Shown here piece after piece: positions 15,358 to 32,305 of a DNA stretch of 64,000 nt. Position 1 is the stretch's first letter. Every line of letters starts with the position of its first letter. Below the pieces are notes generated by a model. The model was not told the origin of the DNA and did no database searches. It saw only the letters and a list, made by a program, of their open reading frames with translations. Origin of the DNA: Escherichia coli (lineage in GTDB: Bacteria > Pseudomonadota > Gammaproteobacteria > Enterobacterales > Enterobacteriaceae); NCBI RefSeq assembly GCF_003334815.1, contig NZ_QOWO01000001.1. The stretch is one strand, 5' to 3'. Position numbers and translations under genes: made by a program.

Positions 15358-15654
15358 TTACAATGACCACATCTCAAGAATGTGTAGTCACGCAAGTTTA
15401 GCGTTTATGCATTTAATTGCCGTAATCAGGAACCTAACTTACGTAATTAACAGTCGCTTATGCATTAGCGCAACATTCCAACAGGTGGTGACAATATACC
15501 CTACCGTTCAGCCAAAACAACATCAATTTGATAACAATTAATTTACTTTTAAGCAGAATTTGCATGCCGTGACGCAGGCATGTTTCTCAATAACGAAATT
15601 TGATAAAATCCCGCTCTTTCATAACATTATTTCAGCCTTCTTCAGGGCTGACTG

Positions 15655-15694
15655 TTTGCATAAAAATTCATCTGTATGCACAATAATGTTGTAT
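15655..15694 (+). promoter_or_regulatory. ARG-box operator region (ArgR autoregulation) in argR promoter
   Basis: tttgcataaaaattcatc followed by tgtatgcacaataatgtt, matching the TGAAT-ATTCA ARG-box pattern just upstream of argR. Confidence 0.6.
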
Positions 15695-15713
15695 CAACCA
15701 CCATATCGGGTGA

Positions 15714-16187
<474 letters not shown>

Positions 16188-16551
16188 TCTCTGCCCCGTC
16201 GTTTCTGACGGCGGGGAAAATGTTGCTTATCCCTCTCAACCCCCTGCTTTCCCCTGCGATTAATTTAACGAATAGTGCGTTTTACTGCGACATGTCATTC
16301 ACACAATGAATACATAAGGTAAAAAAAGCACATTATGCAAAATTCATTATCTAATTGAAAAAACTAGAATTAACGATAAATAACCGTATTTTTAATTCTT
16401 TTTTGTTATTAAAATTCACATTTTTAACACTTAGTATCAACTGAAACAGTTAGCGCGGTATTAATTAGCTCAATAATTAGTGTATACTTGATTTTGTGAT
16501 ATGGGTCACGAAACAAAGGCCCAGCTAAAAGATTATGTCGAGGTAAAAATC

Positions 16552-16815
16552 ATGAAAATCAAAACCACTGTTGCTGCATTAAGCGTACTTTCTGTTCTCT
16601 CTTTCGGTGCATTCGCTGCCGACTCCATTGATGCTGCACAAGCACAAAATCGTGAAGCAATCGGGACCGTATCCGTAAGTGGTGTGGCGTCTTCGCCAAT
16701 GGATATGCGTGAAATGCTGAACAAAAAAGCGGAAGAGAAAGGCGCAACGGCCTACCAGATTACTGAAGCTCGTAGCGGTGACACCTGGCACGCTACGGCT
16801 GAACTGTACAAATAA
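16552..16815 (+). CDS. yhcN: DUF1471 (YhcN/BhsA family) periplasmic stress protein
   Basis: ORF 16501..16815; start at MKIKTTVAALSVLS gives 87 aa with signal peptide. Confidence 0.85.
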   Translation: MKIKTTVAALSVLSVLSFGAFAADSIDAAQAQNREAIGTVSVSGVASSPMDMREMLNKKAEEKGATAYQITEARSGDTWHATAELYK

Positions 16816-16842
16816 ACCCTCATCGTCTTGTCCGACGATATT

Positions 16843-16868
16843 GCCCCCGGTTCGGGGGCTTTTTTTTG
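16843..16868. terminator. bidirectional rho-independent terminator between yhcN and yhcO
   Basis: gcccccggttcgggggc hairpin followed by an 8-T run. Confidence 0.75.
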
Positions 16869-16870
16869 CG

Positions 16871-17143
16871 CTAATGACGAACATTAAAACGCAAATGCCC
16901 TTCCAGCTCTTCCTCTGCCTCATCAAACAGCAATATTAACGCGCCAAAACGGCGACGCGTTTTCTCTCCCAGATGAACAAATTCAATCTCAAGTGGTAGC
17001 GGCAGGACATCGTTCATTAACACATCCCATAGTGAGTCGAGATCGCGTACCTTATCTTTCGCCAGACCAAAGGTTTGGCTAAAGTCACGATAAAAATCCT
17101 CCTGACTCTCAATCTCATCAAAATCAAAGGTATAAATATTCAT
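16871..17143 (-). CDS. yhcO: barstar-like protein YhcO
   Basis: 90-aa [24 protein letters not shown]. Confidence 0.85.
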   Translation of the reverse strand: MNIYTFDFDEIESQEDFYRDFSQTFGLAKDKVRDLDSLWDVLMNDVLPLPLEIEFVHLGEKTRRRFGALILLFDEAEEELEGHLRFNVRH

Positions 17144-17234
17144 CTGTTGCCACCGTCACGTTTCGCGGCGAGTTCTGCCGTGCATCGCTAAGTATAGCCA
17201 TGAAAAAACCGACGCTTTTGGCGTCGGTTTTGAC

Positions 17235-19202
17235 TTAACTATCGGTCAACGCATGTTGATACTTATGGAGCATCCCCGCCAGCCGATTTACCGGTTCCGT
17301 CACCTGCGGTGGCGCTTGCCAGATGCGTAGCTTTTCCTGGTAGATTTCCAGTTCTTCCAGCAACTGGCCAAAGTACCGACGACGTTTATCATCGCTACGG
17401 GCAGATATCACATGGTCTGCTGTGCGGCGCATTTGTCGGTGAAACGCCGATAAATCCTCGTTAACCGGGATCGGTGCATCACGCAGGCGCTGGTGCGCGA
17501 TAATCATCGTCAGCGCCAGGCGAAATTTCGGCAAATCCCCTGGGAACTTATTCATCAGCAAAAACAGCTGCTGATAAAGTGCCGGGAGGTGGTTCTCTTT
17601 ACGACGTGCCACATTGGTAGTCATCGCGGAAACAGCGGCAGAAACAAACTGATTAAGCAGTACACGTCCGGTCCTGTCGCGCGATTTATCCCGCACCAGC
17701 AAAATAACGGTGAACGCGAGCACACAGCCGACGATTTGCCCTAATGCGCTGTCGAGAAACTGACTGAAATGGAAAGTCATCGGGTTATCCAGCACGATAA
17801 TATTTATGGTGCTGGCCAGTGCCCCCATCGAGCCCAGTCGCCGTTTCTGTACTTCTATACCGAGGAAGAATCCCAGCACTGCCAGGCTAATGCACAGCAG
17901 CAACATGCTCTGTTGGGTATTAGGGATAATCACCAAAAAGTAGAGCAGCCCTAACGGCAGCGCGGCCAGCGTCCCGTAGATAAAGTCGATCGCCACCATG
18001 CGTGGATTCGGCAAACGCATTGCCAGTGACGTCACTACCGCAATCATCACCATTGCACCACTGCCGGAAGTCCAGCCCGTCCACAGCCAGAAAAGCGTGC
18101 CCAGAATGCAGGAAAGTGTGGTTCGCCAGAAGTTAACCATTGCATGATGACGTTCGGCTGACTCTACTTTTACTTCCGGTTCGCCTTGCAGGATCTCTTC
18201 TTCGGTGGCGTTGATTTTTGTGTTACTGATAACGCCGCGCTTGAGAAGCTGATAACGCGTTGCCGCCGCGACCCAGCTATAAATGGTGACAGGCGTTTCC
18301 CGTTCCCCGGTCCAGGCGATAACTCTCCGCAGGCGTTTGAGCTGCTTGTGGACGTCCTGCGCGGTTTCTACCGGCGTGTCAAAAAATTCGCGGAAAGTAT
18401 CAGTGATCAATTCCGGGCGCGTATTCTGAATAAGATAAGTTTCGCAGGATTGGGTAATCAGCGTCAGCGATAGCGTATTGATCGCTTTTAAACGTCGATT
18501 GGCCCGCGCCCAGCGGGAAGATTCCATATTCAGGTTGCTGCGCATGCCTTGTAGCGCCGTGGTGCGTCGCACCAGGTCGCCCCAGGCTTTATCGACAACT
18601 TCACCATCGCCATGCTTGATACAGAGTTGCATTAATTGATATTGCGCGACCAGCAAACTTTCCAGCTCTCGATCCACTTCTTGTTTGATCGATCGCGGAG
18701 AAAAGAGCAAATCCGCCATAATCGCACACACAATACCGATAACGATCTCGCTACAACGTTCGACGGCAAACTGCGGCGTAAGCAATGGTTCCGGCTGAAT
18801 GGTGATCACAATGATCAGCGCGGTATAACCGGCCAGCCCCCACGCATACGAGTTTTCTATTCGTACCAGCGAGGATATCCAGGTACAAAAACCGGCCCAG
18901 ATACAGCACACCAGAATCATCAATAATGGTGCGCGGATCATCGCAATGATGATCACCAGTCCGGCAATACAGCCAATAAATGTGCCGATGATGCGCAAAA
19001 AGCCACGATAGCGAATAGCGCCAGAATACGGTTCACCTCCCGCAGCAAAGGCCGGACCGGCGGCAACAATCGCCGCTGTCAGTACCGCCCAGCGTGGCGT
19101 TTCCAGCTGGAAGTGAAAGCCAACAAACAGCGCCAGTACAATGGCGGTCGCCAGTTTTACCGCAAAGCGAATATGTTGGTTAGCAATGGAGAAAATACCC
19201 AT
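17235..19202 (-). CDS. aaeB: p-hydroxybenzoic acid efflux pump subunit AaeB
   Basis: 655-aa membrane protein; aaeXAB operon synteny. Confidence 0.92.
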   Translation of the reverse strand: MGIFSIANQHIRFAVKLATAIVLALFVGFHFQLETPRWAVLTAAIVAAGPAFAAGGEPYSGAIRYRGFLRIIGTFIGCIAGLVIIIAMIRAPLLMILVCCIWAGFCTWISSLVRIENSYAWGLAGYTALIIVITIQPEPLLTPQFAVERCSEIVIGIVCAIMADLLFSPRSIKQEVDRELESLLVAQYQLMQLCIKHGDGEVVDKAWGDLVRRTTALQGMRSNLNMESSRWARANRRLKAINTLSLTLITQSCETYLIQNTRPELITDTFREFFDTPVETAQDVHKQLKRLRRVIAWTGERETPVTIYSWVAAATRYQLLKRGVISNTKINATEEEILQGEPEVKVESAERHHAMVNFWRTTLSCILGTLFWLWTGWTSGSGAMVMIAVVTSLAMRLPNPRMVAIDFIYGTLAALPLGLLYFLVIIPNTQQSMLLLCISLAVLGFFLGIEVQKRRLGSMGALASTINIIVLDNPMTFHFSQFLDSALGQIVGCVLAFTVILLVRDKSRDRTGRVLLNQFVSAAVSAMTTNVARRKENHLPALYQQLFLLMNKFPGDLPKFRLALTMIIAHQRLRDAPIPVNEDLSAFHRQMRRTADHVISARSDDKRRRYFGQLLEELEIYQEKLRIWQAPPQVTEPVNRLAGMLHKYQHALTDS

Positions 19203-19207
19203 CGTGA

Positions 19208-20140
19208 TTAACCAAACTCACGCAGGCGATGGGCCATTTTACGGAAGAACGAATCCTGGCTTTCGTCGCGATCTTGTTTGCCAGTGACCACCACTGTAGC
19301 AGTGGTGCCCGCAGGCCAGATGTTCTCTTGCTGGTTGTCGAGACGAATACGAACCGGAACACGTTGCGCAAGACGCACCCATTCAAGGTTAGAGTCTATA
19401 GTCGCCATCCCTTTGTCGTCACGCGTGCTGCTGGCGTTGGTGACCCCTGCGGCAACACTATCAACAGTCCCTTTCAGCACTTTGTTACTGCCAAGCGGCG
19501 TGATCTCTGCACGATACCCCGGACGCACCCCTTCCAGCTTAGTTTCTTCCATATAGGCCAGTACATAGAAGGAGTTCTGTTTCACCAGCGCAACCGCCGT
19601 TGATCCTCGAGTAATAAACTCACCGGTATAGACGTTGAGGTTGGTCACCCAGCCATCTGCTGGCGCGCGGATCACCGTGCGTTCAAGATCCAGTTTTGCC
19701 AGATCGCGGGTCGCCTGCGCTTTCGCTAACTGATGCAGAACCGTTTGTAGTACGTTGTTGGCCTGGTCGATCTCTTCGCGAGACATCGCCTGCACACCGA
19801 GACGGTTACGACGTCCGGCCTCCTGGCGTTTCTCCTGTGCCAGTACCTGATAATAAGCAACATCGGCTTGCGCTTCCTCAAGCGCCTTTTGATAGCGCGG
19901 CTGGTCGATGGTGAACAGTATCTGTCCTTTTTTCACCAGCTGGTTATCATGAACATTCACCTGGGTAATGAGTCCAGAAACGTCCGGCGCGATCGCAACG
20001 ACGTCAGCGCTAAAGCGCGCGTCACGCGTCCAGGGGGATTCGGTGTAATAGACCCAGGCATTAAAAATTGCGATGAAGGCCAGAATGACTAATACGACCG
20101 TGATGGCCGTACGGGAGAATTTTCTTATTAGTGTTTTCAC
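19208..20140 (-). CDS. aaeA: p-hydroxybenzoic acid efflux pump subunit AaeA (membrane fusion protein)
   Basis: 310-aa ORF with N-terminal TM anchor. Confidence 0.92.
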
Positions 20141-20147
20141 TTCAACC

Positions 20148-20351
20148 TCAAACGAACAGTCGCGATATCAAATAAAACAAGCAGCAATAGAGCGCGGTGT
20201 TGAACAACGCCGGATGCCAGACAAAGTCGTAGATACCTGTTGGCACAAGTACCCGGCGCACCAGCCAGAAAATCGCCAGTGATAAAAGCAATTCAAAAAA
20301 TATCGGTGGGAAGGACAGCCCAAACACCACGATAACGGGAAACAGACTCAT
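20148..20351 (-). CDS. aaeX: small membrane protein AaeX
   Basis: ORF 20148..20420; start at [14 protein letters not shown] gives 67 aa. Confidence 0.85.
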
Positions 20352-20533
20352 GTTGACCTTGGTTGTAAAGAGAGAGCAGGCGTTATTATTTTCAGCATCT
20401 GTCGCCGCAGAGAAGGGCATGGAAAGCCGGGCGAGAGCAACATTGCTGTAGATTGATATTTAATATATTAGCGTAACTGTTATGCTGTTATCTATATTAT
20501 GTGATCTAAATCACTTTTAAGTCAGAGTGAATA

Positions 20534-21463
20534 ATGGAACGACTAAAACGCATGTCGGTGTTTGCCAAAGTAGTTGAATTTGGCTCTTTTACCGCCGCCG
20601 CCAGACAGCTACAGATGAGCGTTTCGTCCATCAGTCAGACGGTATCAAAACTGGAAGATGAGTTGCAGGTAAAGCTGTTAAACCGTAGCACACGCAGCAT
20701 TGGCCTGACCGAAGCCGGTAGAATTTACTACCAGGGCTGCCGTCGTATGCTTCATGAAGTGCAGGATGTTCATGAGCAACTGTATGCCTTCAATAACACC
20801 CCCATCGGGACGCTACGCATTGGCTGTTCTTCAACTATGGCACAAAATGTTCTCGCCGGGCTGACAGCCAAAATGCTGAAAGAATACCCAGGTTTGAGCG
20901 TCAATCTGGTTACCGGAATTCCAGCCCCCGACCTGATTGCCGACGGTCTGGATGTGGTGATCCGCGTCGGCGCGTTGCAGGATTCCAGCCTGTTTTCCCG
21001 CCGTCTGGGCGCGATGCCAATGGTGGTGTGCGCCGCGAAAAGCTATCTCACACAATACGGCATACCGGAAAAACCCGCCGATTTGAGTAGTCATTCATGG
21101 CTTGAATACAGCGTGCGGCCCGACAATGAATTTGAACTGATCGCACCGGAAGGGATCTCGACTCGCCTGATCCCACAAGGAAGATTTGTGACTAATGATC
21201 CGATGACGCTGGTGCGCTGGCTGACGGCGGGTGCCGGGATCGCCTACGTGCCGCTGATGTGGGTGATCAACGAGATCAATCGTGGGGAGCTGGAGATCCT
21301 GCTGCCGCGTTACCAGTCAGATCCACGCCCGGTTTATGCGTTATATACCGAAAAAGATAAGCTGCCGCTGAAGGTACAGGTCGTGATCAACTCGCTGACG
21401 GATTATTTTGTTGAGGTCGGTAAATTGTTTCAGGAGATGCACGGGCGCGGGAAAGAGAAGTAA
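20534..21463 (+). CDS. aaeR: LysR-family transcriptional activator AaeR
   Basis: 309-aa ORF with N-terminal HTH; divergent from aaeXAB. Confidence 0.92.
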   Translation: MERLKRMSVFAKVVEFGSFTAAARQLQMSVSSISQTVSKLEDELQVKLLNRSTRSIGLTEAGRIYYQGCRRMLHEVQDVHEQLYAFNNTPIGTLRIGCSSTMAQNVLAGLTAKMLKEYPGLSVNLVTGIPAPDLIADGLDVVIRVGALQDSSLFSRRLGAMPMVVCAAKSYLTQYGIPEKPADLSSHSWLEYSVRPDNEFELIAPEGISTRLIPQGRFVTNDPMTLVRWLTAGAGIAYVPLMWVINEINRGELEILLPRYQSDPRPVYALYTEKDKLPLKVQVVINSLTDYFVEVGKLFQEMHGRGKEK

Positions 21464-21596
21464 TTCATATTGTACTGTTACGTTGTACAAACCTGTGCCA
21501 ACGGGTTCCCCTCACCCTAACCCTCACCCCAAAGGGGCGAGGGGACCGTTCGTGCACGTAGAAAGATTAATTATCCTTCTGAAAATAGTGAAATTA

Positions 21597-23057
<1,461 letters not shown>

Positions 23058-23090
23058 TTAGTTACTGCAGTAGAGGATTTTTTACGGCTG

Positions 23091-23325
23091 CCGGATGCGG
23101 CGTGAACGCCCTATCCAGCCTACGGTTATGTTCCGGTTTGTAGGCCTGATAAGACGCACAGCGTCGCATCAGGCAACGGCTGTCGGATGCGGCGTAAACG
23201 CCTTATCCGACCTACGGTTATGTTCCGTTTGTAGGCCTGATAAGACGCACAGCGTCGCATCAGGCAACGGCTGCCGGATGCGGCGTGAACGCCCTATCCG
23301 ATCTACGGTTATGTTCTGGCTCGTT
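23091..23325. repeat. REP/BIME cluster: three tandem ~90-bp units of palindromic REP sequence
   Basis: unit gccggatgcggcgtgaacgcc...gtaggcctgataagacgcacagcgtcgcatcaggcaacggct recurs at about 23091, 23182 and 23272. Confidence 0.85.
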
Positions 23326-23380
23326 GGCCTTTGGCAACGATTATCCTATGAGATTGGGGCAATTACGCGCCCTCGTCAAA

Positions 23381-26300
23381 TCATTGCGCTTTTTCTTTAC
23401 GCGGTTGGCGCAACACTTCGTTGATTTGCGGATCGTCCAGCGGACCCGAAATGTGATAGCGCAAAATGGAGACTTTGCTCCACAGCGGCCCCAGCACTTT
23501 ACTGGCGGCAAACACTGCCGCGCCAACAATGGGGTTAACCGCAAAAGCCGCAGCCACGCCCACCGTCGCAGAAATCTCTGGTGCGACAACCGCTTCCATA
23601 TTCAGGTCGCGACGTACCAGATTTACCGACCCTTTCATGGCGATATCCGCCTCCAGGCCATCCACCAGCGTGTCGTCGGTGTGCATAACGCCGTCTTTAA
23701 TCCACGCGGTGCTGCGAATGGAGTCAAAATAGAACCCTTCGCCAAAAGTGTCTCTGAAATCAAAACGCAGCTTACGCATCAGGGCATCTACGCTCAATAA
23801 GCGCAGCAATTGCCCGGCATGTCCGGTATTGATTTCGGTAATTTCGCCTTTACCCAGTTGAGTATGAATGATGCCATTCAACGTCGCTTCATCTGGCTGC
23901 CAGGGTGCTTTGCGCCAGTGTAAATCGTAATCCACATTAAATGACGACTGGCGTATGGGCGTCGTGACACCAAAAAATTCTGCGGCGGCATCAATTTTCT
24001 GCCCGCGCAGTTTTCCTTTCAGCGAGGTACGTTCATTCCCCGGATTATTAACCCATTCACCATCGGCAGTAAGCCGCGAGAAACCAGTATCAATCAGTCC
24101 ATTGGTCAGCGTTAACGTATCGCCAGAAATGGTGATATCACTGTCAATGCGACCGAATTTTTGCCCCCAGAACCAGCACTCTGTGCATCGTATTTGGGCG
24201 TCCGGCCAGCCACGGAAGTTAATGCGCTCCGTTGTCGGGAAAGGTGATGACGGCGTTGAATCACCACGAGTTTTCGCCACGCTCGGGTTGTAATAAAGAT
24301 ATTTGATATTCGCCAGCCACGGCGCGTTATTACGCATCGCTAGCGTGGCGTTGATTTCACGCCCTTGCGCTTCAACCAGGGTGCCATTTGCCGTCGGTTG
24401 CGAAACAATACTCAGGTTATTCCATTGCTGATTTCCCAGTGACAACATAGGCGTACGTAACGTTATGTGTTGTGGGAAACTCGCTGCACCACCGACACTC
24501 TCCGCAGCGCCTTTCTGGAACAGGGCCAGCCACTCGGCACCATTCATCGGCGGCATATTGAGTTCAACGCCACTTTGTTCCGGCAACGGCGGGAGCGTTT
24601 TACTGTCTGCCGCCCAAATAGCACGATCGAGCGTCAGCTTTTGACCGAGCAACCAGCGGCTATTGAAATGATTATCCGCACCAGCCTGTCCGGTTAATTC
24701 AAAGCTGTTGAGATTGCCATCAACCTTAACGTTTACCGCTAGTGGTTCACCCGCAGGTTTGGCTAACGGTGAAGGTAAGTGACTGCTCACATTCTTTAGA
24801 TCGCCGTTCAGCTCTATGTTATAGGTCGCACCAGCATGATAAGGCAGATCAATGCCCACTTTACCATCCCACGCCACGCTGCCACTCAATGCTTCGTTCA
24901 CCGCTTCAGGCAGAACGCCGGTTTTCGCCGGTTGCCAGTTACCGTTGAGGTTTACCGCTACCTGGTAGGCTTTTGCCCCTTCTTTGGTGGAAAAATCCAC
25001 GTTCAACGGCTGATTAAACCAGCTTGCTGTCAGTGGTTCACTTTGCAGATCGCTATTGATAAAGCTGAATTTACCGCTCAAATTTTTCAGGGTGCTGTCG
25101 AGTGGTTTGATAAACAGACTGTTATTACGCAGCGTCACTTCACCTTTCGCGGTTACCAGTTCGCCGTTCAGCGGGATATCAAGATGTAAGCGAGCATTCA
25201 CATCGCCGTCGAGCTGGAGTTCTTGCAGGGTCGCACCCAGAGAATCTTTCAGCGGTGTCTCATCAAAGTAAGGGCCAACGGCTTTACCCGGACCTTTAAT
25301 GTCAGCGTCAATCAGCAGTTTTTCTTTTGAGTAGTCAGGGATCACTGCGGTAAGATTACTCGCGCGCACGCCGCCCAGATTAACGCCATCGGTTTTCATC
25401 CATAAACCGTCGTTAATAAAGTCCAGTTCAATATCAAGGTTAGTTAATGCAGGCCAGTCCGGCTGGAAGGCAAACTTCGCGTTGCGCAGCGGCACCAGCA
25501 CTTCAAACTGACCTTCGTTGTGTTTATAGGGGAAGAGTTGCGGATTGCCACCATAAACCAGCGTCGCGTTATCCGCTTCACCGCCCTGAATCGCGCCACT
25601 TAAGTAATCAACCAGGTCTTTACCCATCAAGTTTTCCGGGAAATAGCGCCAGGCTTGTGAACCATCATCGGTACTGATGCCAGCCAGAATACCCAGCCAG
25701 GGTTCATCGTTAGCAGGTTGCAGGTAACGAAAACCGCCGCGCGCATGGACGGCTTTGGCTTTAACGTCAATATTACGCCCATCCAGCTGGAAACCTTTGT
25801 TATTGTTCAGCCAGCTTATAGTTGCCTGGCCGTCGGCGATTTCTAGTGGCGCACGGAATACCGTTTCGTAAGGCATCTTTGCCTGCTTCATCGACGCGGT
25901 AAGCAAACCATTTTCAACGCTGCCGGAAAGCGTCCCGGAGAAGTGTTCCGCACCCGGTAATAATTTCCATTGCTTCCAGGCCAGATCGCTCCACGATGCC
26001 TGAAAACGGGTCTTGTCTGCCGCCTGAAGCGGGATATCCAGCGCCAGAGTGTTAATCTTGCCGCTCGGTTGTGTGGAGCGCCAAACATCACCCAGTGCAG
26101 GTGAAAGTTTCGCGGCCAGCGGGCGTATGCCCTCCAGGCCTGCCAGCTCCAGATTACTGGCGCGAATCCGGAGTTCGTCACTGCGTTTATTGTCTTTGCC
26201 GCCAACGTCCTGTTCCGGTATCCAGGCCAGCGTCAATGCTCCGCTCGGCCAGGGTTTGCCGTCCATCGTGATCCGTGTATCGGGAATAGAGAACTGCCAG

Positions 26301-27181
26301 CCCGGATTTTCACGCGTAATATGCGCGGTCAGATTATCCACCGACAGCGTATGCGTTTGCTTCTCGCCCAACCAGCTGGCACCGCCCTGTTTCAGCCAGA
26401 CGTCACCGCCGGTTACATCGCCTTTGTCGATCGTCATCCAGCCTTCAAGGGAGAACTGTGCCGTTTCCAGCGCAATATTGTCCTGCATCCATTTACCGAG
26501 CCACGGCTTCAGGTCGATGTCATCCGCCTGGAGCCAGACGCGACCATTGCTTAACAACCCCTCATCATCGCGCAAATCCATGCGCACCTGCATCACGCCG
26601 TGCTGTCCGGTAAGGCTGGAGAGGCTTACCAGGCCTTCCGCACGGTGTCGACGTGGATCGTTCAGCCAGGTGAGTTGTGGGATCGCCAGCTCGGCGCGCT
26701 GACCGGATGGCGTCAGGAAACTGACTTCACTGTCGCGAAGATCGAAATGGTCAAATTGACGAAGAAACAGATCGCTGATGTGACTGGCTTCCAGACTGTC
26801 ATCACTACCACCGCTGGTGATAGGAGTGTTGGTGCGAAAGCGCAGCTGCCAGAAAGTGAGGTCGCGAAACTGCCAGCGCATATGTAACAGGCTCTGCCAG
26901 ACATCCAGCGCCAGAGTAACGCGTTTAACCGAAAATTCGCCGCCATCTTTTAGTTCTGCACGGATGTCGTGTGCTTCAAGCGTCGGGCCAAAATTCTGCC
27001 AGCTGGCTGAGAGCTGACTGGCTTCTACCGGCATGCCAGTCGCGGATTCTATTTTGTTGAGGATTTCCGGACGCCAGGCGTCAAGATGCGGTAAAGCAAT
27101 ACGCAGGCCGCTAACCAGCAGGGCAGCGATCACAACGAGCGCGGCTCCAGTAAGCAGTAAAATCCCCGGCAATCGCCTCAC
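23381..27181 (-). CDS. yhdP: AsmA-like large inner-membrane-anchored protein YhdP
   Basis: 1266-aa ORF with N-terminal TM helix. Confidence 0.92.
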   Translation of the reverse strand: MRRLPGILLLTGAALVVIAALLVSGLRIALPHLDAWRPEILNKIESATGMPVEASQLSASWQNFGPTLEAHDIRAELKDGGEFSVKRVTLALDVWQSLLHMRWQFRDLTFWQLRFRTNTPITSGGSDDSLEASHISDLFLRQFDHFDLRDSEVSFLTPSGQRAELAIPQLTWLNDPRRHRAEGLVSLSSLTGQHGVMQVRMDLRDDEGLLSNGRVWLQADDIDLKPWLGKWMQDNIALETAQFSLEGWMTIDKGDVTGGDVWLKQGGASWLGEKQTHTLSVDNLTAHITRENPGWQFSIPDTRITMDGKPWPSGALTLAWIPEQDVGGKDNKRSDELRIRASNLELAGLEGIRPLAAKLSPALGDVWRSTQPSGKINTLALDIPLQAADKTRFQASWSDLAWKQWKLLPGAEHFSGTLSGSVENGLLTASMKQAKMPYETVFRAPLEIADGQATISWLNNNKGFQLDGRNIDVKAKAVHARGGFRYLQPANDEPWLGILAGISTDDGSQAWRYFPENLMGKDLVDYLSGAIQGGEADNATLVYGGNPQLFPYKHNEGQFEVLVPLRNAKFAFQPDWPALTNLDIELDFINDGLWMKTDGVNLGGVRASNLTAVIPDYSKEKLLIDADIKGPGKAVGPYFDETPLKDSLGATLQELQLDGDVNARLHLDIPLNGELVTAKGEVTLRNNSLFIKPLDSTLKNLSGKFSFINSDLQSEPLTASWFNQPLNVDFSTKEGAKAYQVAVNLNGNWQPAKTGVLPEAVNEALSGSVAWDGKVGIDLPYHAGATYNIELNGDLKNVSSHLPSPLAKPAGEPLAVNVKVDGNLNSFELTGQAGADNHFNSRWLLGQKLTLDRAIWAADSKTLPPLPEQSGVELNMPPMNGAEWLALFQKGAAESVGGAASFPQHITLRTPMLSLGNQQWNNLSIVSQPTANGTLVEAQGREINATLAMRNNAPWLANIKYLYYNPSVAKTRGDSTPSSPFPTTERINFRGWPDAQIRCTECWFWGQKFGRIDSDITISGDTLTLTNGLIDTGFSRLTADGEWVNNPGNERTSLKGKLRGQKIDAAAEFFGVTTPIRQSSFNVDYDLHWRKAPWQPDEATLNGIIHTQLGKGEITEINTGHAGQLLRLLSVDALMRKLRFDFRDTFGEGFYFDSIRSTAWIKDGVMHTDDTLVDGLEADIAMKGSVNLVRRDLNMEAVVAPEISATVGVAAAFAVNPIVGAAVFAASKVLGPLWSKVSILRYHISGPLDDPQINEVLRQPRKEKAQ

Positions 27182-27248
27182 CCGTCACTCCTTGTCTGCT
27201 AAAAATGTGACTCAAAAACCCTTTGCCGGATGGCGGCCCAGCATCTGT

Positions 27249-28718
27249 TTACATCATTACGACGTCAAACTGCTCCTGGTTATAGAGCGGTTCAATTTGT
27301 ACTTTAACCTGTTTGCCAACGAAAATTTCCACTTCCGCCAGCGAGTGTGACTCTTCGCCTTTCAAGGCTTCAGCTACTGCCGGAGAAGCATAGACCAGGA
27401 AACGGTCGGAGTCGTAAGCATGGTGGACACGAACAATCTCGCGCATGATTTCATAGCATACCGTTTCCACGGTTTTCACCGTTCCGCGACCGTGGCAGGT
27501 TGGGCATTCGTTACACAGTACGTGCTCAATGCTTTCGCGGGTGCGTTTACGCGTCATCTCCACCAGCCCCAGCGCCGAAAAACCATTAACGCTGGTTTTC
27601 ACCCGGTCTTTGCTCAACGCCTGCTCCAGCGAGTGCAGCACTCGGCGGCGGTGATCTTCATTATTCATATCGATGAAATCAATAATGATAATCCCGCCCA
27701 GATTACGCAACCGTAACTGGCGAGCGATAGCCTGCGTCGCTTCAATATTGGTATTGAAAATGGTGTCGTCCAGATTGCGATGACCGACAAACGCTCCGGT
27801 ATTGATGTCCACGGTGGTCATCGCTTCGGTCTGGTCGATAATGAGATAACCACCGGATTTCAGTTCTACTTTGCGTTCCAGCGCTCGCTGGATTTCGTTT
27901 TCGACATCAAAGAGATCGAAAATCGGCTGGCGTCCTGTGTAATGCTCCAGCTTGCTTGTCATCTCGGGAATGTACTCCGAGGTGAACTCAAGTAACGCTT
28001 CGTAAGTCAGGCGTGAGTCAACGCGAATGCGGTCCAGTTCGGCATCGGCGAAATCACGCAGAACACGCTGCGCCAGCGCCAGTTCGCCGTACAGCTGATA
28101 ACGGGTCTGCGGGCGTTTTTTACGCTCCATAACTTTGGTCCAGACGCGTTTCAGATAAGCGGCATCGGAGGCCAGTTCAGCCTCGCCAACCCCTTCCGCT
28201 GCGGTACGGATGATAAACCCGCCCTGCTCGTCGCAATACTCTGCGACCACTTTTTTCAGGCGTTCACGTTCTGATTCGCTTTCAATACGTTGGGAAACCC
28301 CAACGTGAGAAGCCCCTGGCATAAACACCAGATAGCGAGAAGGGAGCGTGATATCGGTGGTCAGGCGCGCACCTTTAGTGCCAAGCGGATCTTTCACCAC
28401 CTGCACCATCAGATCTTGCCCCTGACGAACCAGTTCCGAGATGTCGCGCACCGTGAATTGCTTTTGTTCTTCACCCGCCACACATTCGGTGTGCGGCATG
28501 ATGTCGGATGCATGAAGAAACGCGGCTTTATCCAGCCCAATATCTACAAAAGCCGCCTGCATACCCGGAAGTACACGACTTACACGACCCTTGTAGATAT
28601 TGCCTACTATTCCGCGTCGCGCCTCACGTTCAATATGAATTTCCTGCAGAATACCGCCATCAATATACGCCACTCGCGTTTCCGAAGGCGTTACGTTTAC
28701 TAACAATTCAGCCGTCAT
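27249..28718 (-). CDS. rng: ribonuclease G
   Basis: ORF 27249..28736; start at [17 protein letters not shown] gives 489 aa. Confidence 0.94.
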
Positions 28719-29301
28719 GTTTATCCCTTTTCTCACGCAGTGCGTTAAAATTACTTAATAATTCATACGTTTCAACCAGCGGTAAGCCGACTACGGCGTG
28801 ATAGCTGCCATTTATCTTCCTGACAAAACAGCCACCCAGCCCCTGAATACCGTATGCACCTGCTTTATCTAACGGTTCATCGCTGGCGACATAGCCCGCG
28901 ATGTCTTCGTCTGTTAACGTTCTGAAAGTCACATCGGTGACCACTAGGCAATCGAGAATGTGCTGGCTGTCGGCCAACGCCACTGCTGTCATCACCTGAT
29001 GGGTCTGACCCGATAATTTGCGCAACATCTGCGCCGCATGCTCTGCGTCGCGCGGTTTCTCCAGCACTTCTCCGTTCAGGATAACGATAGTATCCGCACC
29101 CAGCACCGGGAGATCCTTCGCCGTTTGCGCGACACCTGCCCGTGCTTTCTCGCGCGCCAGACGCACAACATACTGCTGCGCGCTCTCCTGCGGCTGACGC
29201 TGCTCCTCAATGCCCGTAACAATACGTTCAAAGGTCACGCCAAGTTGCGCAAGTAACTCCTGACGACGCGGAGAACCGGAAGCTAAATACAGAGAAGTCA
29301 T
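28708..29301 (-). CDS. yhdE: Maf-like nucleoside triphosphate pyrophosphatase
   Basis: ORF 28708..29361; start at [17 protein letters not shown] gives 197 aa. Confidence 0.9.
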   Translation of the reverse strand: MTSLYLASGSPRRQELLAQLGVTFERIVTGIEEQRQPQESAQQYVVRLAREKARAGVAQTAKDLPVLGADTIVILNGEVLEKPRDAEHAAQMLRKLSGQTHQVMTAVALADSQHILDCLVVTDVTFRTLTDEDIAGYVASDEPLDKAGAYGIQGLGGCFVRKINGSYHAVVGLPLVETYELLSNFNALREKRDKHDG

Positions 29302-29309
29302 AGAAACCT

Positions 29310-30892
<1,583 letters not shown>

Positions 30893-30957
30893 AAGTTATG
30901 CGTATTCTCGTATCAGACCAGGCAGGGTAAACAGACACTTCCCCTGCCTGCATCCGA

Positions 30958-32127
<1,170 letters not shown>

Positions 32128-32305
32128 TTACAAATCTCTGCCTGAGTCCAGAAAGGCTTAATGCATCAGCAGCATTCCTCGCCTGTTTGCAACCGCGTAA
32201 GGTCATTCATCTGCATATGTGCTGCAACAATCTGGCGAGCAGACAAGCACACTCCCATGAGACGCAGCGCGCGTTATTCTACGTGAAAACGGATTAAACG
32301 GCAGG

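Noticed and set aside
23091-23325. Tandem repeats that could be mistaken for a CRISPR array
   Set aside because: The ~90-bp units are contiguous with no unique spacers and have the REP palindrome sequence; no cas genes nearby.
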